A stretch of DNA of 61,512 nucleotides, the filler included, from Pirum gemmata (taxonomy: Eukaryota), in assembly GCA_002812295.1 (NCBI GenBank). It is 20 parts of 20 records of this genome, joined end to end, with 100 filler letters (N's around TTAATTAATTAA, not from the genome) between each part and the next. Parts side by side here need not be neighbours in the genome. Positions count along the whole stretch, not along the records: positions 52,542 to 55,413 come from PDIN01003964.1; positions 55,514 to 58,464 come from PDIN01003965.1; positions 58,565 to 61,512 come from PDIN01003966.1; 17 more parts are not named here. One strand, written 5' to 3'. The notes below the pieces were generated by a model. It had not been told where the DNA came from, did no database searches, and saw nothing but the letters and a program-made list of their open reading frames with translations. Every line of letters starts with the position of its first letter. Position 1 is the first letter of the stretch. Shown here piece by piece: positions 53,370-61,512 of the stretch. The translations under genes and the position numbers were made by a program.

Positions 53370-53457
53370 CTAACCCTAACCCTAACCCTAACCCTAACCC
53401 TAACCCTAACCCTAACCCTAACCCTAACCCTAACCCTAACCCTAACCCTAACCCTAA
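53370..53457 (-). repeat. Interstitial (CCCTAA)n, about 14 units
   Basis: Direct reading. Confidence 0.95.
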
Positions 53458-53613
53458 GTATGATATCAGAGTATGATATAATCAATATAGAGTATTATTG
53501 ACTACCCCCTTTATATAGTGAATTATAGTCACGACTCACAAGTTCTATATAATTATGATCCATAATGACAATATCATTTACTATAGAGAAAATAACATTT
53601 ATTATAATAAAAG

Positions 53614-53728
53614 ATGGTGTGGTTAACAAAGCTACTGAGTGTCTTAGTGTTAGGAGTTGTTGGTAACCAGGCGTATTCCAATGTAAAAATAATCAACTTG
53701 ACACCCTATGAGACAGTGATTAGAAATG
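53614..53728 (+). CDS. Possible first exon of a secreted protein
   Basis: MVWLTKLLSVLVLGVVGNQAYS resembles a signal peptide; possible donor GTTATG. Confidence 0.3.
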
Positions 53729-54439
53729 GTTATGGCGAAAATAACCATTTTTTTGCTATCGTCGATTTCATTACAGCTGTCCTCTCAATCTTTCATTTTG
53801 TACTTTTTAAGTGTATAATCGAACTGTTTTATAAAATGCAATATTTTAAGTATAAAATACCCTTTTATATGTTTAACCATAATAACAATTTGGTAAATTT
53901 GGACAACACTATTGAAAAACACGATATATATAAACACTTGTGTTCATTCAGTCCACTTTAGTATTTGATTAATTAACTTAAAAGTGATCATTATAATTAC
54001 TTTTAGGTTAATTAATCAAATACTATATAGATATACCTACTATTTATAGTATTATACTACTGGTTACTACTGATTACCAGCTAATAACAAAAACCAATAT
54101 AATATTACAATTTACAACGACTCACAAGCCCTGCAAATATATATATAGATATACCTACTATTTATAGTAATAATATACTAAGGTTGCTGATTGCCGCACA
54201 AACAACAACCAATAACATTTCAGATCAATACAATTTCATCAAACACCAATCAAATTTAGATTTTAAAATACATGTACAATTATTCGAACCAATACAGCAA
54301 ATTAACACCAACTATTATAATAGAACTTACGTCCATTTGTCGATCTCTAATGATGTTAGCAATGGCTTCATCAATAATCAACTAGGTCCAGATCCTTTTT
54401 TAAGGTTGACCTTTTTTTAATAGCCAACTCGGATAAAAC

Positions 54440-54546
54440 TAGTAGGGGTGAGATGACGTCATTTTATTATTACCGAACAGCTGTCGGAACTTTTCCGATT
54501 TTATGGTTTTTATTACTATTAATGTTAATATTATTACTTTAATTGG
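54440..54546 (-). mobile_element. MITE family C, partial (cut by gap)
   Basis: Reverse complement of the right half of 13518-13750. Confidence 0.8.
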
Positions 54547-54768
54547 NNNNNNNNNNNNNNNNNNNNNNNNNNNNNNNNNNNNNNNNNNNNNNNNNNNNNN
54601 NNNNNNNNNNNNNNNNNNNNNNNNNNNNNNNNNNNNNNNNNNNNNNNNNNNNNNNNNNNNNNNNNNNNNNNNNNNNNNNNNNNNNNNNNNNNNNNNNNNN
54701 NNNNNNNNNNNNNNNNNNNNNNNNNNNNNNNNNNNNNNNNNNNNNNNNNNNNAAAAAAAAAAAAAATC

Positions 54769-55413
54769 ATGATCAATTTTAATATTATCACTCATCCACC
54801 TGTCAACCCTACCAGATTTTCTCCAATTCAGTTCGATGGTACACATGCAAATTTTCGGTTCTGGAAACTCTCTTTTTTAGCTGCATGTAATTTACATCAT
54901 GTAGACTGGTGTTTCACACAAGAAAATCCAAAATCTGGAAACCTATCTGATGAAGAAAAAGTACTATCTGAAAAAGCAAAGACCATTGCGATGTCAATCC
55001 TTACCCTCTGTCTCACGCCGTCAACCATCACTTATGCAATCAATAACACAACCCCTTTTTCTGCGTATCAAGCTATCCTAACGGATTTTGAGCGTAAGAC
55101 GAAAGGAAATCGCTTCTCAATTAGACGTCAAATTATGACTATCTCATTGAAAGATCATGAGAACTTAACGTCTTTGGTTAATGCTCTCAATGACCTATGC
55201 TCACTATATCACACGCTAACGGATCATAGCAAGAGTATAGATGATGAGGAGAAACTGGTTGCACTAACCAATGCGTTAAACAGTCAATTTGATAGCACTA
55301 TTGAGTTATTATTCAATGATTCTAACACTACTTATCAGAGTGCTATCCCACTGCTCTTGGACAGGGAACAAAAATTGTCGCAAACAGAGTCAACTGATTC
55401 TGTTTATTTTGGC
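54769..55413 (+). mobile_element. Ty1/copia LTR-retrotransposon gag (Retrotran_gag_2/UBN2-like), truncated by contig end
   Basis: FDGTHANFRFWK N-terminal motif; ...IDDEEKLVALTNALNSQFDSTI...LLDREQK pattern; no introns. Confidence 0.8.
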
Positions 55414-55649
55414 NNNNNNNNNNNNNNNNNNNNNNNNNNNNNNNNNNNNNNNNNNNNTTAATTAATTAANNNNNNNNNNNNNNNNNNNNNNNNNNNNNNN
55501 NNNNNNNNNNNNNCAACAACAACAATAACAATAACAACAACAACAACAACTAACCCACCACCACCATCACCACCACCACGACAACAACAACAACAATTAA
55601 CAATAACAACAATAATTAACAATAACAATTATTATTATTATTATTATAG

Positions 55650-55849
55650 TTGCGGATGATTGGATTTATGACCGGTTTAATTTGACCGGGCTAGAAAGTG
55701 TGCCACACTTTAAGCAGGCTCTAGACGTCATTTTAGATATGGAGCCTGATGACTTTGAAGAAACTGAAGTAGGCGAACAATCGGCCCCTTTACTTTACGG
55801 CTTAATCCATGCCCGTTATATACTAACCAACAGGGGTATGACACAAATG
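55650..55849 (+). CDS. CSNK2B: Casein kinase II beta subunit exon
   Basis: [26 protein letters not shown]...[19 protein letters not shown], bounded by TAG and GT. Confidence 0.92.
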
Positions 55850-55904
55850 GTAGGGCTATTATTATTATTATTTATTATTATTTATTATTATTATTTATTA
55901 TTAT

Positions 55905-56365
55905 TACCCCTTTATTTTACGGTTTAATTTATGCCCGTTATATACTAACCAACAGGGGTATGACTCAAATGGTAGTGCTATTATTATTATTATTTATTAT
56001 TATTATTTATTATTATTGTTTATTATTATTGTTTATTATTATTTATTTAATTATTATTATTATACAATCGGCCCCCCGTTATTGTTATTGTTTATTATTA
56101 TTATTTATTATTATTTATATATTTATTATTATAATACAATCGGCCCCTTTACTTTACGGTTTAATTTAAGCCCGTTATATACTAACCAACAGGAGTATGA
56201 CTCAAATGGTAGAGCTATTATTATTATTATTATTTATTATTTTTATTTTTTATTATTGTTTATTGTTATTATTTATTATTATTTATTTATTTATTATTAT
56301 TATTATACAATCGCCCCCCCGTTATTTACTAACCAACAGGGGTATGACTCAAATGGTAGAGCTAT
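55905..56365 (+). repeat. Three degenerate tandem copies of the CK2-beta exon 3' end plus donor
   Basis: TACTAACCAACAGG(G/A)GTATGACTCAAATGGTAG recurs at ~55943, ~56180 and ~56327. Confidence 0.9.
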
Positions 56366-56491
56366 TATTTATTATTATTATTATCAATATCATTATTATC
56401 ATCGTCGTCATCATTATTATTATAATTATTATTACTATTATTAATGTTAGTGCTATTGTTTGTATTATATGAATAGCGGATAATATCAACA

Positions 56492-58464
<1,973 letters not shown>

Positions 58465-58564
58465 NNNNNNNNNNNNNNNNNNNNNNNNNNNNNNNNNNNN
58501 NNNNNNNNTTAATTAATTAANNNNNNNNNNNNNNNNNNNNNNNNNNNNNNNNNNNNNNNNNNNN

Positions 58565-59064
58565 TTATTATTATTATTATTAATGGTAGTGGTGGGATTA
58601 GTAGTAATAGTAGTAGTGTTATCATTAGTATCGAGGTTAGTATTATTAGCAGCATTGCTAGTGCTGGTGTTAATGCTCGCAGCATTGTTTACAGGCTCCG
58701 AAACGACCACAGAAGAGGAACCCCCCGTACTAGCGTCACTTTCATTTTGAACGTTATCTTTTACGGCACGTGATGCAGATGTTGATGCAGATGTTGATGA
58801 TGCAGTAACAGTCTCTTCACTGCCGTTTACTTTATCACTCATATCACCTCCATTATTCATTTTACTATTGGTTACAACCAAAAGGTTTTCACCACTATTT
58901 ATATGTGTATGTTCAACGCTATTATTACCATTACTGTTATTATTGAAATCGTTTAAAAGAAAGTTGTCTTCTACCACTATTACTTTCTTTGGATTTAGTA
59001 TTTCGTTTGTGATGTTGGTAATAAAGGTAGCGTTCCGTTTTGTGTCTATTTGAACATTAGACAT
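58565..59064 (-). CDS. Ser/Thr/Asn-rich unknown protein, partial
   Basis: Open frame with mixed codon use; no recognisable domain. Confidence 0.45.
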
Positions 59065-59137
59065 TATATGTTATTCAAACTATTTACTACTGCTACTACT
59101 ACTACTACTACTCTACTACTACTACTACTACTACTAA

Positions 59138-59177
<40 letters not shown>

Positions 59178-59242
59178 ACAACTACTGCTACTACTACTAT
59201 TACTACTATTACTACTATTACTACTCCTACTCCTACTACTAC

Positions 59243-59291
<49 letters not shown>

Positions 59292-59855
59292 GCTGCTGCT
59301 GCTACTACTACTACTACTACTATTTAAAGCAATTAATACAGTAGGAGGGCGGATCAATAAAGAGTACTTTTTAGTAAGTAGAGATAGTGGAAAAACAAAA
59401 TAAAAAATATAAATGACAAAACAAAAAATTAAAAATTAAAAAAAGAAGTATTATATAACAAAGTGAATGACAAATAAAAAAAATAAAAAAAAAAGTAATA
59501 AAAATAAACAAAGTCAATACAAAAATAAAATTTAAAATTAAAAACATAAAGATAAAATACAAAATACAAAACAAACACATAAATAAATATGATAAAACTA
59601 AAATAAAAAAATGATCGATATAATACTTATTATAGTTGGCAAGTAAAAAGAAGAAAAAAACCCAAAAGACAAAAAAAAAAAAAAGGCAGTCATTCAAAAA
59701 TAAATTCGAGCAAGCTTTCGAGACTCTTTCGAGCAACTGAAAAAAAACAAAAAATTGCAATACTAAATTTAGTAATTTTAATATAAAAATTTAACTTTTG
59801 GTTTCAAACTAACTTTTTTTGGCGATAAAACAGAAATCAAACTGAAGTCAAGCAG

Positions 59856-60092
59856 TAGGGCTTCTCCCAATTCTGCTCTTTTTTAAAAATCGAGTTTTTT
59901 CAAGCCTATTCATTAATTAAATAAGTTCGAAATTTTGAGCTTACAATTAAGTATTCAAATATATTTATTTATTTATAAACCCGAAAAAAAATGGGAAAAA
60001 TAATTTTCAAACAGAGCTGAATTTTGACTTTTTTTTTTTTTTGACAACAGAAATTCGAGTTTTCGGGCTCGAGCAGTATTGGGAGAGGCCTA
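59856..60092 (+). mobile_element. MITE family E (237 bp, hAT-like) with 8-bp TSD
   Basis: TIRs TAGGGCTTCTCCCAATTCTGCTC / GAGCAGTATTGGGAGAGGCCTA; TCAAGCAG duplicated at 59848-59855 and 60093-60100. Confidence 0.9.
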
Positions 60093-61016
60093 TCAAGCAG
60101 CTCGAAAAATATAGGCTTGAAAAAATTCACTTTGATTTGTCACCTTGAACAGCTACTCTCATTATAGAAGTTAGCCATTCGACCAATAAAAACAATCAAA
60201 AAACAGAAAACAGCTCGAAGCTCGAAATATTAAAAAATGTGGATTTTTGAATATTTGGAATCTCAGTAATAAATAAATAATAGTCCTTTGTTCTTTAGTT
60301 TGTATTTAATTTATCATATTTTTAATTAATTAAATAAAAAAACAGAGTAATACTTGTAATACTCATATTATTTTTATGGTTTCAGTAGTAACGGATATAT
60401 AAATGATTAAAGAAAGAAGGTAAAACAACAATACGAATAACAACAAAACCATATCCAACACTAACAACACTAACAGCAGTAATAATAACGAACAATAACA
60501 ACTCCCAAAACAACAACGTAAATTAAATTCAGAAACTATAACACTAAAAACGGTAACAGCAACAGCAACAGCAACAGCAACAGTAGCAAAAATAATAACA
60601 ATAGTATAATAACAAAATAATGATGATGATGATAATATATAAGAAAGCAACCGTAACAATACCAAAAATCACATATTCTTGTGCCAACGTTTAACTAAAC
60701 CATCAAAAAACCACCACCACCACCATAACCTTCAACGCCAACAATACTGACACTAACAGCACCCCCAATTTAAAGAACATGGTCAGCAACACTAGCAACA
60801 TAACAACAACAACAACAATTATATAATAATAATAATATCATAATAATAATAATAATAATAAATACTGACTGAAATAAGAGACTGAAAAAAAAAAAATTCA
60901 ACGAAATGAAATGTTACGAATCGAGCTGATCGGGATTATTCGAACTAATTTCTATGAACACATTTTCCCGCCAGAATTTTGAGATAAATAAGATGTGTAT
61001 TTATTTACCGGTAGCT

Positions 61017-61170
61017 TGTCATCATAAAGTATACAATAAATGATACCAAATTAATACAATATAAATCCATTTAATTTAATTTACTATATTTAATTATCTA
61101 TTTATTTATTTTTAAAGGTATCAAATTAAACATTATAACCTACCAAAAAATATTCAGGGTGACAATGAAA
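61017..61170 (+). mobile_element. MITE family A, end-decayed copy
   Basis: Body colinear with 10192-10350. Confidence 0.75.
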
Positions 61171-61512
61171 GAACACCTGTCTCCCACCACGAAAAATAAA
61201 TAATAGACTATCATAATAATAATAAGTCTAACTTTTCTAGAAACACTATATATAATAAAAAAACAACAACAACAAACTAGAACAACAAAGCTAAAATAAA
61301 AACGATTAACAATGAAAGTATCATAATAATAATTAATTGAACATAATTATAATTAATTGAAACTATCGATACTACTAAGTTTATACTACTACTACTATAT
61401 AACTGTTATTGCTATAGCTATCATACTACTACTAGCTAGGATACAACTACTGCTAATTCTACTACTACTACTTCTTCTTCTTCTACTACTACTACTACTA
61501 CTACTACTACTA

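Noticed and set aside
54030..54420. 5' LTR and primer-binding site of the copia element
   Set aside because: No convincing TG...CA boundaries or PBS, and no second LTR for comparison.

Overview
The window is a concatenation of 20 unrelated ~2.9-3.6 kb contigs joined by an artificial 100-nt linker (N44-TTAATTAATTAA-N44), so nothing can be inferred from adjacency across linkers. The DNA is from a very AT-rich, microsatellite-rich eukaryote with GT-AG introns, the standard genetic code and TTAGGG repeats. Animal-like CK2-beta and myosin-V-tail sequences occur alongside S41 peptidase, YSL/OPT and LtrA genes, which suggests a unicellular holozoan (inference only). Recognisable gene fragments: a DIL (myosin V tail) domain gene, a secreted S41 peptidase, a Sola3-transposase-derived 881-aa ORF, an SMC4-type hinge exon, a frameshifted YSL/OPT transporter, an Asp/Lys block-repeat protein, a cytochrome b561 protein, LtrA, ribosomal protein P2, a CK2-beta exon and a RING/polyQ/UBM protein. 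Mobile DNA: at least five MITE families (two with 8-bp TSDs), ISL2EU/Harbinger and LINE RT relics, and a copia gag. Highlights: (1) RPLP2 hosts three copies of a dual-guide C/D snoRNA and has a duplicated, synonymous terminal exon; (2) a complete tRNA-like cloverleaf lies inside 52-bp terminal inverted repeats; (3) a CK2-beta exon can splice in frame to the RING ORF; (4) an intact but apparently catalytically altered Sola3 transposase. All homology calls are by eye from remembered motifs; no database search was run.
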